Below are positions 19,411-28,476 of a stretch of DNA of 38,826 nt, piece by piece. The stretch is taken from UHGV virus genome UHGV-0114133; one strand, 5' to 3'. The stretch comes from a virus. The stretch's first letter is position 1. Each line of letters opens with the position of its first letter. The position numbers and the translations under genes are program-made. The notes below the pieces were generated by a model. It did not search any database and was not told the DNA's origin. It worked only from the letters and a program-made list of their open reading frames with translations.

Positions 19411-19987
19411 TTCAAAACGCCACTAACCAGTGATACAATCTATCCGCTTCCGGATACTTTCGGCAGCTCGACCTGATGGGTGGGGGATAGCGTCACTGGC
19501 GTCAGGTTTAAAAAAGCTCACTACCAGCGTAGAACCGGCACCGTTTAGGGGTTGGGGAAGGGGGAACCAAAGTGGGCAGAGAGAAGGGTCACTTTATGAT
19601 TGTCGAGTCTGGAGTGTTTCGAGAGGTTGAATCCAGTACTCCCCTTCATAAAGTGTGGGAAGATCTCGGTTCTGGGGTGCTGTCATCCATAACTTCCCAA
19701 GCCTAAGCTGGCAGTAGACTTAGGTCATAACTTTTCAGGTTATGAAACGACCAGGTTGGTGAGGAAATTTTGTACTCACCTCCCTGGGAGAGTATTACCT
19801 GAAAAGACAACCTCTCACTTCGTTCGAGGTGAACTTCACTCACTTCGTTCGTTCAGTTCAGGTTTTATTAAAACCTGTTCTGGGAAGTAATTTTTCTTTT
19901 CTAAAAAATTTTTAATATTTACACGCACGCGTGCGCACACGCGCGAGGGAAAAAAAAATCGTCGCGGCGCACGATTCTGGAGCCAAA

Positions 19988-20596
19988 ATGACGACCAAGA
20001 ACCCAGTCCGGCAACGCACTGGCTGCCGCACGAAGTCTAAAGCCAGATGCCAAACCCACCAGCATTCCCGTACCAATTTCAACACACCCGTAGTCGAGTT
20101 CAATCCCCAGCTCAAAACCGTAAAAGTATTCAGTGATGGCTCTTGCCTCAAAAATCCGGGCGGGCCGGGCGGTTACGGCATCGTTCTCCAGTATCGAGGC
20201 GAAGAGCGCGAGCTTTCTGAGGGCTTCCACAGCACGACCAACAATCGGATGGAGATGATGGGCGCCCTGATTGCGCTGGAGCGTCTGAAGTACCCCTGCA
20301 ACGTGATCCTGCATTCCGACAGCCAGTATCTTAAAAACGGCATGACGCTCTGGATGAAAGGCTGGAAGCGTAACGGATGGATCACGTCTGAGAAGAAGCC
20401 AGTCAAAAACGTGGATCTCTGGAAACGTCTCGACGCGGCCGCCAGTCGTCATAATGTCCGCTGGAAGTGGGTTAAAGGCCATGCAGGTCATCGCGAGAAC
20501 GAAATGTGTGACCGTCTGGCGAAGATCGCCGCCTATTCCGCAGCTGATATGCCTCACAAGCATGACATTGGGTTTTTGTCACAAAAAGATAAGTAA
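19988..20596 (+). CDS. rnhA: Ribonuclease HI with about 38-aa basic N-terminal extension
   Basis: [67 protein letters not shown] (close to E. coli RNase HI as recalled from memory). Confidence 0.85.
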   Translation: MTTKNPVRQRTGCRTKSKARCQTHQHSRTNFNTPVVEFNPQLKTVKVFSDGSCLKNPGGPGGYGIVLQYRGEERELSEGFHSTTNNRMEMMGALIALERLKYPCNVILHSDSQYLKNGMTLWMKGWKRNGWITSEKKPVKNVDLWKRLDAAASRHNVRWKWVKGHAGHRENEMCDRLAKIAAYSAADMPHKHDIGFLSQKDK

Positions 20597-20609
20597 GTAT
20601 TTACCTACT
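20588..20609. promoter_or_regulatory. Palindromic operator-like site followed by TATAAT
   Basis: gataagtaagtatttacctact overlapping the rnhA stop; TATAAT 1 nt downstream. Confidence 0.45.
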
Positions 20610-20738
20610 ATAATAAATCAGGTATCTTATAAATCGTCAGGATGACGAAGTACCGGTTAGGTACGGTTCCAGGATGGAACGCCAAAAGGCGGCTGGCTTG
20701 GCCAGCCGCAACTCTTTCTGACACTGAATGGAATCCAC

Positions 20739-21239
20739 ATGGCCCGTCAAACGTCTTTCACTTCTTTCAATAAACGTCCCCGTTCAATTCGCCTGGTGCT
20801 GACCGAGCTGTTTAGTGGTCGTGTTTCCGCACGCCTTACGGAACTGGAAGAACGAGTGTTTGAACTGGAGAAGCGCATTAATGCGCAAGCTACCGCCATA
20901 GCTAATCTGGGCACGACAGTAGGCATGGAGAAGGTGCGTAATAGCGTCGCTTCTCGTGTGTTGCGTGAAACCCGGACACACAAGGACAGTTCTCATGGAA
21001 AATTTTCAACGAAATCGACTGAAGCCAATGGCCTACGGAGTGATTTTGGCAACTCTGGCAGCGATTACCGTACCAGCCGGTCAGAGCCTTTTGATGCCGG
21101 GCACAGCTACTTCCACTGCCACCACAGCCTTGCAGATGACACCCCTGCCCGAACGACCTCCTGTCTCTCTGGATGGGATGCTGATGGACACGATTCCAGC
21201 TCGACCTGCGACTCCGGATCTTCCTTCTGCTGTGACTGA
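20739..21239 (+). CDS. hypothetical protein; N-terminal about 85 aa coiled-coil-like, remainder low complexity (possible frameshifted gene)
   Basis: ORF overlaps 20995..21252 in another frame; only the N-terminal part looks protein-like. Confidence 0.35.
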   Translation: MARQTSFTSFNKRPRSIRLVLTELFSGRVSARLTELEERVFELEKRINAQATAIANLGTTVGMEKVRNSVASRVLRETRTHKDSSHGKFSTKSTEANGLRSDFGNSGSDYRTSRSEPFDAGHSYFHCHHSLADDTPARTTSCLSGWDADGHDSSSTCDSGSSFCCD

Positions 21240-21252
21240 GGCTATTGTATGA
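20995..21252 (+). CDS. hypothetical membrane-anchored Pro/Thr-rich protein (85 aa)
   Basis: Predicted TM segment MAYGVILATLAAITVPA; stop overlaps next ATG. Confidence 0.4.
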   Translation: MENFQRNRLKPMAYGVILATLAAITVPAGQSLLMPGTATSTATTALQMTPLPERPPVSLDGMLMDTIPARPATPDLPSAVTEAIV

Positions 21253-21437
21253 AATGGAACTTCCAGAAATTCACCTTGATGATTGTTGGCTTTACCGTTT
21301 TTTTGTTTAGCGGCTGGATCATGAATCTGGTGAAACTTGTGAACGATGGCGATCTCCAGTCTCATGCCGGAGTGACACTTGCGCGTGTCGTGGGAGTTTT
21401 CATTGTTCCAGTGGGCGGCATCCTCGGGTTCTTTTGA
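21249..21437 (+). CDS. small membrane protein (62 aa, two predicted TM segments)
   Basis: Hydrophobic segments FTLMIVGFTVFLFSGWIM and VGVFIVPVGGILGFF. Confidence 0.5.
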   Translation: MKWNFQKFTLMIVGFTVFLFSGWIMNLVKLVNDGDLQSHAGVTLARVVGVFIVPVGGILGFF

Positions 21438-21461
21438 TGCTGAATGTTTTTCTGCATTGTT

Positions 21462-21478
21462 AAAACAAATTGTTTAGA
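21462..21478 (+). promoter_or_regulatory. Cassette leader motif (AAACAATTTGTTT core)
   Basis: aaaacaaattgtttaga. Confidence 0.4.
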
Positions 21479-21503
21479 CAAATGATTAATGAGAGTTAAC
21501 AAC

Positions 21504-21527
21504 AAGGGCCGCTGACGGCCCTTTTGT
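21504..21527 (+). terminator. Hairpin terminator or attenuator
   Basis: AAGGGCCGCTGACGGCCCTT followed by TTGT; lies between the motif and the 21544 start. Confidence 0.45.
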
Positions 21528-21543
21528 ACTGAATGGAAAACGT

Positions 21544-22359
21544 ATGTTTGAGGTAACTGCACACGCTCCCAGCACCACAGGCTTACATGCCAGGCCATCG
21601 ATGACCAGTCAGGAGATCGCCGAAATGGTCGGCAGTCGCCATGACAGCGTAAAGCGTACCATTGAAAGACTCGCTAAATCCGGCGTTATTACTTTTCCAC
21701 CAATGGTGGAAAAGCCCACTGCCGGGCGTCCGGCTACGTTTTACTTATTCGAAGCCGAACAGGGTAAGCGCGACAGTATCGTTGTCGTGGCACAGCTTTC
21801 TCCTGAATTTACCGCACGCCTTGTTGATCGGTGGAGAGAGCTTGAGTCCATGTTTGCCGACCGCGGAACGCCTGCTATTCCACGTACCTATAAAGAGGCT
21901 CTGGTTCATTTGTTACACCAGGTCGAGGAAAACGAGCGTCTGGAGAAAGAGAACGAAGCGTTAGGCGTTGCACTATCTAACGCAAAACCAAAAGCCATTC
22001 TCATGGACACCATTTGCGGCACTGCTGATGAGCTTTATGGGCTGAATGAAGCTGGTCGCATTCTCGGCACGTCCGGGGCTGTTCTGGGTTCGCTGATGGA
22101 CTCGCTGGGTGATGTGTATGTTAAGCGCAAATACACCACAGTTAGTCGCCAGTTTCTCAAGATCTTCATTGACCGTGGATATGGCAAAAACGTTGTCATC
22201 GGAAACGGTCGCAACCAGGCCAAGTTCACCTTTAAAGGGCTTTGCTTTGCAGCTGTGAAACTAATTGCAGCCGGGTTGATTGCCTCCAGCGCCATTGAAT
22301 ATGAGCCGTGTCGTGAGCATGTCGAACGTGCAATGAAGGAATCCAAACGTCTTCATTGA
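21544..22359 (+). CDS. Phage regulatory protein, Rha/antirepressor-like
   Basis: N-terminal helix-turn-helix-like SQEIAEMVGSRHDSVKRTIERL resembling the Rha family; C-terminal domain unassigned. Confidence 0.5.
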   Translation: MFEVTAHAPSTTGLHARPSMTSQEIAEMVGSRHDSVKRTIERLAKSGVITFPPMVEKPTAGRPATFYLFEAEQGKRDSIVVVAQLSPEFTARLVDRWRELESMFADRGTPAIPRTYKEALVHLLHQVEENERLEKENEALGVALSNAKPKAILMDTICGTADELYGLNEAGRILGTSGAVLGSLMDSLGDVYVKRKYTTVSRQFLKIFIDRGYGKNVVIGNGRNQAKFTFKGLCFAAVKLIAAGLIASSAIEYEPCREHVERAMKESKRLH

Positions 22360-22419
22360 CCGTCAGTATGGACGTCCACCTTTATGTAGCGTTTGGCCAC
22401 CTTTTCAGTCACGTCACAA

Positions 22420-22449
22420 TAACACAATTGAGAAAACAACTTGTTTAAA
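22420..22449 (+). promoter_or_regulatory. Cassette leader motif
   Basis: taacacaattgagaaaacaacttgtttaaa, 19 nt upstream of ATG 22468. Confidence 0.45.
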
Positions 22450-22467
22450 AACATAAGGAAAAAACAC

Positions 22468-23028
22468 ATGTGCGAAAAATGCAAAAAAACTAATGCCAAA
22501 GTTGAAAGCGTGATTAAAAAAGTTGGTGCGGCCGAACTGGTTGAGATCATGGGTCTTGTGGTTGGTCACGAAGACGACGCCTCCCCTATTGACCGCCTTT
22601 TCAGCGTTCTCAAGTTCTCAAGCATGATTGATGATCCGATTGAAATTGTGATGCTGGCGCGTCATTTCGGCGAAGCGTATCTGGAAGAGAAAGAACGCGC
22701 CGACAAACTTCAGGCAACTCTGGAAATGGTAAGCAAGCCGAAGTGCTCACCGGATTCAGTCAAGGCAGATGAAACCAACGCCAGCAAAGATCGTGAAATC
22801 GCCGGGTTGAAGTCTTCTCTGGCGATGTTGCTGGCCGCCTTCAAACTGATGTCTTCCCAGGCTGGATTCAAAATGCCTGAGCTGAACAGCGACGATCCGA
22901 TGGCCGTTCGCCAGCTGCTGGGGGCAATGGCCGACCAGCTTGACGACACCAAGAGCCGTCTTGAAGACATGATGCGCGAGCTGACCCACCGCCACAACCT
23001 GAACAAACAGCCGCACAAGATGAGGTAA
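22468..23028 (+). CDS. hypothetical protein (186 aa) with N-terminal CxxC
   Basis: RBS GGAAAAAACAC before ATG; track start 22441 rejected. Confidence 0.55.
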   Translation: MCEKCKKTNAKVESVIKKVGAAELVEIMGLVVGHEDDASPIDRLFSVLKFSSMIDDPIEIVMLARHFGEAYLEEKERADKLQATLEMVSKPKCSPDSVKADETNASKDREIAGLKSSLAMLLAAFKLMSSQAGFKMPELNSDDPMAVRQLLGAMADQLDDTKSRLEDMMRELTHRHNLNKQPHKMR

Positions 23029-23049
23029 ATATTTATATATTAATAATAA

Positions 23050-23095
23050 TTCCTTAAGGTGGCTACAGCCTCTTAAGGAATTATTTGGCTTTTTC
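23050..23095. terminator. Bidirectional terminator between convergent genes
   Basis: TCCTTAAGG...CTTAAGGAA stem followed by TTATTTGGCTTTTT. Confidence 0.5.
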
Positions 23096-23122
23096 GCAAA
23101 TGATAAGAATTATATCGTTGTT

Positions 23123-23566
23123 TTATAAACCTGGGTCAATAATCTCATCTATGAAGTCGCGAGATTTATCGTTGAATCCCAACGCGGAGAAACGCATAAC
23201 AAGATCATTATTTTGAATCGTAACATAGTCTTTGCGCATAAATTCTCCAAAAATATATTTGATACCCTCTTTAGTGTAGGCATACCAATACATTCCTATC
23301 GTACGATCACAATTCTGATACCAACGAAGTTTCACGCCGTTGACATACATGCCTTGAGCTACGCCACTACCTGAACACTTAAAGAAATTCCGCGAAGTAA
23401 GGTAGATGTTTGCATTGCCATCCGACGTTCTTTCTAGGAACACATACCAATTACCGTCGTCTGACATTACAACAGGTCTTCCTGTTTCTGTTAAATACCA
23501 TCCTTCGGCATTAGCTGATGCTAAGCTACTGATAAACAAAAATACTGCGATAACTAACCTGTGCAT
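23123..23566 (-). CDS. secreted protein with signal peptide (147 aa)
   Basis: MHRLVIAVFLFISSLASANA signal-like N-terminus; Trp/Tyr-rich mature part. Confidence 0.6.
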   Translation of the reverse strand: MHRLVIAVFLFISSLASANAEGWYLTETGRPVVMSDDGNWYVFLERTSDGNANIYLTSRNFFKCSGSGVAQGMYVNGVKLRWYQNCDRTIGMYWYAYTKEGIKYIFGEFMRKDYVTIQNNDLVMRFSALGFNDKSRDFIDEIIDPGL

Positions 23567-23726
23567 TAATGTGTCCTTTTAATTCTGTTATATGCAGATT
23601 GAGATGCTTTGCTACGTAATTAATATTATATCTAGGTTGAGGTCAAGAATCTAATACTAGGAATTGTCAACATTAATTCTATTAACGCACCCTAATAAAA
23701 AGTATTGGTTTCTTTTAAGTTTTTTA

Positions 23727-23760
23727 GATAATAACACCAACAAGAAAACAATTTGTTTAA
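23727..23760 (+). promoter_or_regulatory. Cassette promoter/leader motif (type I)
   Basis: gataataacaccaacaagaaaacaatttgtttaa, 11 nt upstream of ATG 23771. Confidence 0.5.
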
Positions 23761-23770
23761 TGGTGCAATC

Positions 23771-25456
23771 ATGAATACAGCCCTTTCCATCATTGACGCT
23801 TTCACCCCAAACACTGATATCGACTACCGGCAGGAAATGAATGTTATCCACGAAATTGTGGCCGAATGCGAGAAAGAGATTGCGTTCATGAATAAGGTTC
23901 ACGACTTCGTTTATGGCGACGAACGCCACAACATGATTAACCGTCTACTGCGGCTCAATCACCGGCCGGACGACGAGCGAACACGCTTTAACAGAACCTG
24001 GCTGGACAAAGTCGACCTGGAATGGGTGAAACAAAATATCTGGGCCGAGTACTGGAAGAAGGTCACGGATATGACCAACGTTCTGCTGATCATGCCAGCA
24101 TCCCGCCGCGACGAGTGGCGTGAACAGTTTATCGAGGGCAAGCAGGAAACGATCAAGACTGACAGAACTGGCTATCAAATGAAGGTTAAAGAGTTCGTTG
24201 GTGTACCTGAGTTCAAAGCAGAAACGGTCATACCAACGATGCTTAATTTGCTGAATGACAGGCACAAATATCTCTCTGAGCGCGTGTATGGCTTGTTTAA
24301 GGCGTTGAGTCCTGCTCACAAGACCAATAAGACGAACGGCTTCAGCGAGCGTCTGATCATCGCCGACTGCATTTCCGATTTCTGGCGGGACAGCGTCAGC
24401 GTTAACTACCGGAAAGAGGATTACATAGACGACCTGCGCGTCATGTTGCATTTCTTTGCACACAAAGAATTTATCACCATCAACCGCACGGCCGAGATGC
24501 TGTCAGCTGCGTATCGAGCAAATGACTGCCAGACCGGCGACTGGATGAATGTCGACGGAAACCTGATGCGTGTGAAGATGTTTAAGAACGGCAACGTTCA
24601 CTTTGAAATACATCCTGACGTAGCCTGGAAGCTGAATGAGGTGCTGGCTTACAGTATGCCCGCTGCAATTCCGGCTCCATGTCGTACTGCGCCCAAAACA
24701 CGGGCACCAAAACAGTTCGGGTTAATCCAGAAGACGATCTCCGAGCCGGTGCGTACTGCGCTTTGCGACGGGCGATCTGGCAATGACAAACGCGTATGGT
24801 ACTTCTCTGATTCCGGTCTCCAGAAGTCACAGGTGGAAGAGCTGGAGCGTACACTGAGCTTTATTGGCGGCGTGCAGGAGAACAAGCACTGGCAGTTCCC
24901 GTATGAGATCGGCCATACGCTCAATACGATTGTGGCCACCGGCTTAATACCGGATACAAAATCACACCAGTTCTACCCTACCCCGCGTTTGATAGCGGAG
25001 TACGTTGCCAGAGCCATCGAGCTGAAGCCAGGTGAGAAGCTGCTGGAGCCTGAAGCCGGGCGCGGAGATCTGCTGGCCTGCATCGACGCCAATCCGGAAG
25101 ACGTTACCTGCATAGAAGTCGCACCTCTCTTCGCTGATATCCTGCTTGGCAAGGGGTACACAAATACGGTCTGCTGCGACTTCATGAAGTGGTCTGAGGA
25201 CAACGCAGGTTATCAGTTCGACAAAATCGTTATGAACCCGCCCTACTCTCTTGGCCGTCACAGAGAGCATACGCTGGCCGCGCTGGAGCATCTTAAAGTC
25301 GGCGGGCGACTGGTGGCTGTACTGCCGGGTGATGCGCCAGTTCTGAACTGGATGTCGCTGGATAATTACGTTTATGCCAAAGGGAAGTCGTTTACTGACG
25401 AGTTTGAAGACACCGGGATTACTGTCAGCGTATACGTTTTTAAACGCGTTAAATGA
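23771..25456 (+). CDS. DNA methyltransferase (N6-adenine type) with about 430-aa N-terminal domain of unknown function
   Basis: C-terminal AdoMet motif LEPEAGRGDLL and catalytic NPPYS. Confidence 0.7.
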   Translation: MNTALSIIDAFTPNTDIDYRQEMNVIHEIVAECEKEIAFMNKVHDFVYGDERHNMINRLLRLNHRPDDERTRFNRTWLDKVDLEWVKQNIWAEYWKKVTDMTNVLLIMPASRRDEWREQFIEGKQETIKTDRTGYQMKVKEFVGVPEFKAETVIPTMLNLLNDRHKYLSERVYGLFKALSPAHKTNKTNGFSERLIIADCISDFWRDSVSVNYRKEDYIDDLRVMLHFFAHKEFITINRTAEMLSAAYRANDCQTGDWMNVDGNLMRVKMFKNGNVHFEIHPDVAWKLNEVLAYSMPAAIPAPCRTAPKTRAPKQFGLIQKTISEPVRTALCDGRSGNDKRVWYFSDSGLQKSQVEELERTLSFIGGVQENKHWQFPYEIGHTLNTIVATGLIPDTKSHQFYPTPRLIAEYVARAIELKPGEKLLEPEAGRGDLLACIDANPEDVTCIEVAPLFADILLGKGYTNTVCCDFMKWSEDNAGYQFDKIVMNPPYSLGRHREHTLAALEHLKVGGRLVAVLPGDAPVLNWMSLDNYVYAKGKSFTDEFEDTGITVSVYVFKRVK

Positions 25457-25476
25457 TAGGTAAATGCTTACCTAAT
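25455..25476. promoter_or_regulatory. Palindromic operator-like site
   Basis: gataggtaaatgcttacctaat overlapping the methyltransferase stop. Confidence 0.45.
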
Positions 25477-25518
25477 ATATGTAAGAATATAGTGACTATA
25501 TGATAAGAGAAAAAACAC

Positions 25519-26208
25519 ATGAGCAATCTTCCGTTAGAGCGTTTTAACGTCAAAAGCCATGCCGACTTTCCTTTCAAATTTGTAATGAGAGGTTATGCAG
25601 AGGAAGCAGTAGGCCAGATCATCATTGACAAAGGCATTGTTAAGTTTGAAGGGGATTATGATGAATCCGCGAAAACATTCATAGACTTCGTTGCTAAACG
25701 TTGGAGCGAGCAATGGAGAGACCTGGAAAAACGTGCTCGTAAATTTGATACATTCATGTCTTCAATTGATACAGCAAAAACGGCTCTGGCTGCGGGTACT
25801 CCGTTAGATTTGGAGTCTCTGTTTAAAGGTGAAATGGCCTCTGCGATGTTCGCAACCATGTTTGCCGGTGAGTTTGTTCGTAGCGGGGCCAGAAACTACC
25901 TGGAGCTGGGGTACGACGTTCCTGAAATGGGTGAGTTTACCGTCACCATTCAACGCAAAGAAGGTAAGACTCCTGGCGAACGTATCGCTGAACTTGAGGC
26001 CGTTGTGGATCAGCGTAACGGCGAGTGCGTCCGTTTGATTAATGAACGTGATGCGCTGCGCGAAGAGCAGCTAAACAAAGGCTCGAACACGCGCGCGACC
26101 GCAGACATCTACTTCCAGTTGGTTGAGGAATGCCAGATCCCGCCAGGTGGCTCTTTGGTCGAGTTCGTTCGCGAATTGCAGGAGAAAGCAGAGAGGTGCG
26201 CGGCATGA
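25519..26208 (+). CDS. hypothetical protein (229 aa)
   Basis: RBS-like GAGAAAAAACAC before ATG; no recognised motif. Confidence 0.6.
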   Translation: MSNLPLERFNVKSHADFPFKFVMRGYAEEAVGQIIIDKGIVKFEGDYDESAKTFIDFVAKRWSEQWRDLEKRARKFDTFMSSIDTAKTALAAGTPLDLESLFKGEMASAMFATMFAGEFVRSGARNYLELGYDVPEMGEFTVTIQRKEGKTPGERIAELEAVVDQRNGECVRLINERDALREEQLNKGSNTRATADIYFQLVEECQIPPGGSLVEFVRELQEKAERCAA

Positions 26209-26444
26209 ATGATCTGCTTGTCGAGCGAGTCTCCGCTTTTGTTAAGTCCCCGCTGAATAATCCCCTCACCCGCGGTGAGCAGATGGAGCTGGCAAGGTGG
26301 TTTCTGCGTATCCATGAGCAGATGGAAGTTTTTAAACAGTTGCCGGATCTGCCCATTACAGACGGCCAAATTCAGTGTGCCACTTCAGTACGGTCGACGA
26401 TGACAACGACGCAAACCTGCTTTTCGTCAAATCCGAAATCATAA
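26205..26444 (+). CDS. hypothetical protein (79 aa)
   Basis: ATG overlaps upstream stop (ATGA). Confidence 0.45.
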   Translation: MNDLLVERVSAFVKSPLNNPLTRGEQMELARWFLRIHEQMEVFKQLPDLPITDGQIQCATSVRSTMTTTQTCFSSNPKS

Positions 26445-26490
26445 AGTTGCGCAGGGAGAGAGAGAAATCGACGCAGAGCAGGCCCGCAAT

Positions 26491-26706
26491 ATGTGGGACG
26501 AGGCAGAAAACGCTGATGACGTAAAAGAAAGTTGCTGCTGTTTCGGTGTCGGTAACGAACTGCTGAGTCTGTTTGGTGACGATCCGTGGTATGCCGGTTG
26601 GCCAACGGTGCCAAACCCCAGATACCAATACCTGGAACGTATCATGAACGCGGTACGTGATGGGCTGAAAGAGCTTCACAATCAGATGAGAGAAGCAATC
26701 GGTTAA
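26491..26706 (+). CDS. hypothetical protein (71 aa)
   Basis: ORF with protein-like composition; start uncertain. Confidence 0.4.
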   Translation: MWDEAENADDVKESCCCFGVGNELLSLFGDDPWYAGWPTVPNPRYQYLERIMNAVRDGLKELHNQMREAIG

Positions 26707-26744
26707 GTGCTATAGTCAGGCGCTTTTATATTTATGGAGTGAAT

Positions 26745-27443
26745 ATGAAAAATATCCTACTGGCATCATTGTTGGTGGCATCGCCGGCTGTATTTGCAGC
26801 CAGCTTTGACTGCCAAAAGGCTTCGGCAGAAATCGAACACAAAATCTGCGATAACGAACGCCTGTCAAAATTAGACGAACAACTTAGCTCTACCTATTCC
26901 AACGCACTCAAAGCAAACCCGGGGGACGCAGACGCCTTAAAGACGGTTCAGCGTCAATGGGTAAGTATGCGTGGAAAACTCACTGGTGATAAGGCTCTGG
27001 AGCTGGCTTATCTAATCCAAATTAATGGCCTCAAGAGTTTGGATGGTTCGGCCAGCACTGCGGTGGTCAATGAGACACCAAAGCCTGTGCAGAAACAGCC
27101 TGAAGTTCAGGAAAAGATAAGCAAGGCAGACACAAAGCAGGCTGAGAGCGGTAAAAAGCTAACTCTGGAGTCATTCCGAGCTAAGTATATTGAAGTTGAC
27201 GGTGAATACTACAGCACGACATCCCTTCCCAGAGGGAGTTCGTTCTTGTTCACCTGCGCAAGTCGTATCGCAGATGACCAGGTGAATATTTGGAAGAAGG
27301 TGGCAGCCAAAGAGGGCAAGATCGATCTCTTCTTTGAACTTGAGAATCGAATACATACCGCAATGCTGAATGCCAATTTTCAGAAGCTAAATAGTGATTT
27401 AACTAAAACAGGCATTTGCGATCTGATTACTGCTGTTCCGTAA
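26745..27443 (+). CDS. periplasmic protein, LprI/DUF1311-like N-terminal domain
   Basis: Signal peptide MKNILLASLLVASPAVFA, then SFDCQKA...E..IC.N..L..LD..L...Y pattern resembling the lysozyme-inhibitor LprI family. Confidence 0.55.
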   Translation: MKNILLASLLVASPAVFAASFDCQKASAEIEHKICDNERLSKLDEQLSSTYSNALKANPGDADALKTVQRQWVSMRGKLTGDKALELAYLIQINGLKSLDGSASTAVVNETPKPVQKQPEVQEKISKADTKQAESGKKLTLESFRAKYIEVDGEYYSTTSLPRGSSFLFTCASRIADDQVNIWKKVAAKEGKIDLFFELENRIHTAMLNANFQKLNSDLTKTGICDLITAVP

Positions 27444-27450
27444 GCCAGAT

Positions 27451-27471
27451 AAGGCCACTATTTGTGGCCTT
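27451..27471 (+). terminator. Hairpin of the AAGGCCAC...GTGGCCTT terminator family
   Basis: aaggccactatttgtggcctt directly after the 26745 gene; no U-tract. Confidence 0.4.
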
Positions 27472-27488
27472 AAACAATTTGTTTAATT
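27471..27488 (+). promoter_or_regulatory. Cassette leader motif
   Basis: taaacaatttgtttaatt. Confidence 0.4.
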
Positions 27489-27787
27489 AGTGGTGTAATT
27501 ATTGGAATCCCAGGCGAACTAAATCCATTGGGCAGAACAGATCTTCCACACCTTCGATAGACACGCAGTCAGAGCGGCGTAATTGTTCTTCTGATTTGCC
27601 TTCCCCACTGATTTCTCTGATTACTCCCGTTGCGCCATTCATTGCCACCATGACATGGCTGCCGATAGTGATAGCATTACGGTTTCGATCATACGCCTTT
27701 ATCGTTTTCTCCTTTCACATGGGGCAAATCAGGTTTCAAAAATTGCCGTTTTCCATGTATATGCGATTTGCAAAATATCAATTTCCT

Positions 27788-27801
27788 AAACAAATTGTTT
27801 T
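27788..27801 (+). promoter_or_regulatory. Cassette leader motif (core only)
   Basis: aaacaaattgtttt. Confidence 0.35.
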
Positions 27802-27887
27802 CACCAGCTAGTTATTACACACAGGCGAAGTTGACCGCGCTTCATATAAATATCACTGTTTATACATACAGTGTATAAGAGGAAAAA

Positions 27888-28154
27888 ATGGGCGGAAAAG
27901 ACTCAAGCTATCAGATCGTTTACAGAGGTGAGACGCTCGAAAACTTTAAACCGGGGCAGTATGTCTTCTTTCAACGAGCGAAGGAGTATGGCGGCGGATA
28001 TTGGTTGGGCAGGACTCATGAAGATGGGTTCGAGTTTTTGCTGGAGGAGCCAACCTCGCTGGGAAGAGGTTTTGAGTTTCTGATAACTCACTCGAGCGTG
28101 GAGGCCAGATTTATGGAGTTCGTCGACGATGCGGACGACTTCAAACTCACCTAG
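27888..28154 (+). CDS. hypothetical small protein (88 aa)
   Basis: GAGGAAAAA RBS before ATG. Confidence 0.55.
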   Translation: MGGKDSSYQIVYRGETLENFKPGQYVFFQRAKEYGGGYWLGRTHEDGFEFLLEEPTSLGRGFEFLITHSSVEARFMEFVDDADDFKLT

Positions 28155-28196
28155 TCATCCCTTAAACATCTTGTTTTCTGCCTTTCGTTATTTGAG

Positions 28197-28232
28197 ATAA
28201 TAATACCAATAAGAAAACAAATTGTTTAAGGA
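28197..28232 (+). promoter_or_regulatory. Cassette promoter/leader motif (type I)
   Basis: gataataataccaataagaaaacaaattgtttaagg, ending 8 nt before ATG 28240. Confidence 0.5.
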
Positions 28233-28239
28233 GTTGATC

Positions 28240-28476
28240 ATGTTCGGAACCGCAAAAGACATCATCGAAAAGCTGGAGAACTACCCAGAAGACGAGCCGC
28301 TGCTGATGGTGATGTGGCACAAGGAAGATGTAGGTGAAGTGCGACCAGACCTGACTGACGAACAGTGCGTTCAGGTTTTGCGAAAAATCAAAGAGTGCCA
28401 TGACACCAGCGTCGGCGTGAATTGGGATGTCATTTCTGACACGGCCAACATTCTGTTTCCAAAGGAGAAGGCATGA
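28240..28476 (+). CDS. hypothetical small acidic protein (78 aa)
   Basis: AGGAG RBS then ATG at 28240; track start 28222 is TTG inside the motif. Confidence 0.55.
   Translation: MFGTAKDIIEKLENYPEDEPLLMVMWHKEDVGEVRPDLTDEQCVQVLRKIKECHDTSVGVNWDVISDTANILFPKEKA

Noticed and set aside
19420-19930. tRNA or other known RNA gene in the rnhA upstream region
   Set aside because: No cloverleaf-compatible sequence with a conserved T-loop or D-loop was recognised by eye; kept only as an unclassified ncRNA candidate in the findings.
19919-20563. 214-aa minus-strand ORF
   Set aside because: Antisense to rnhA, which closely resembles E. coli RNase HI.
27596-27811. 71-aa hydrophobic ORF between two leader-motif copies
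   Set aside because: TTG start in the track with no RBS; probably a decayed cassette or non-coding spacer. Kept as a possibility only.
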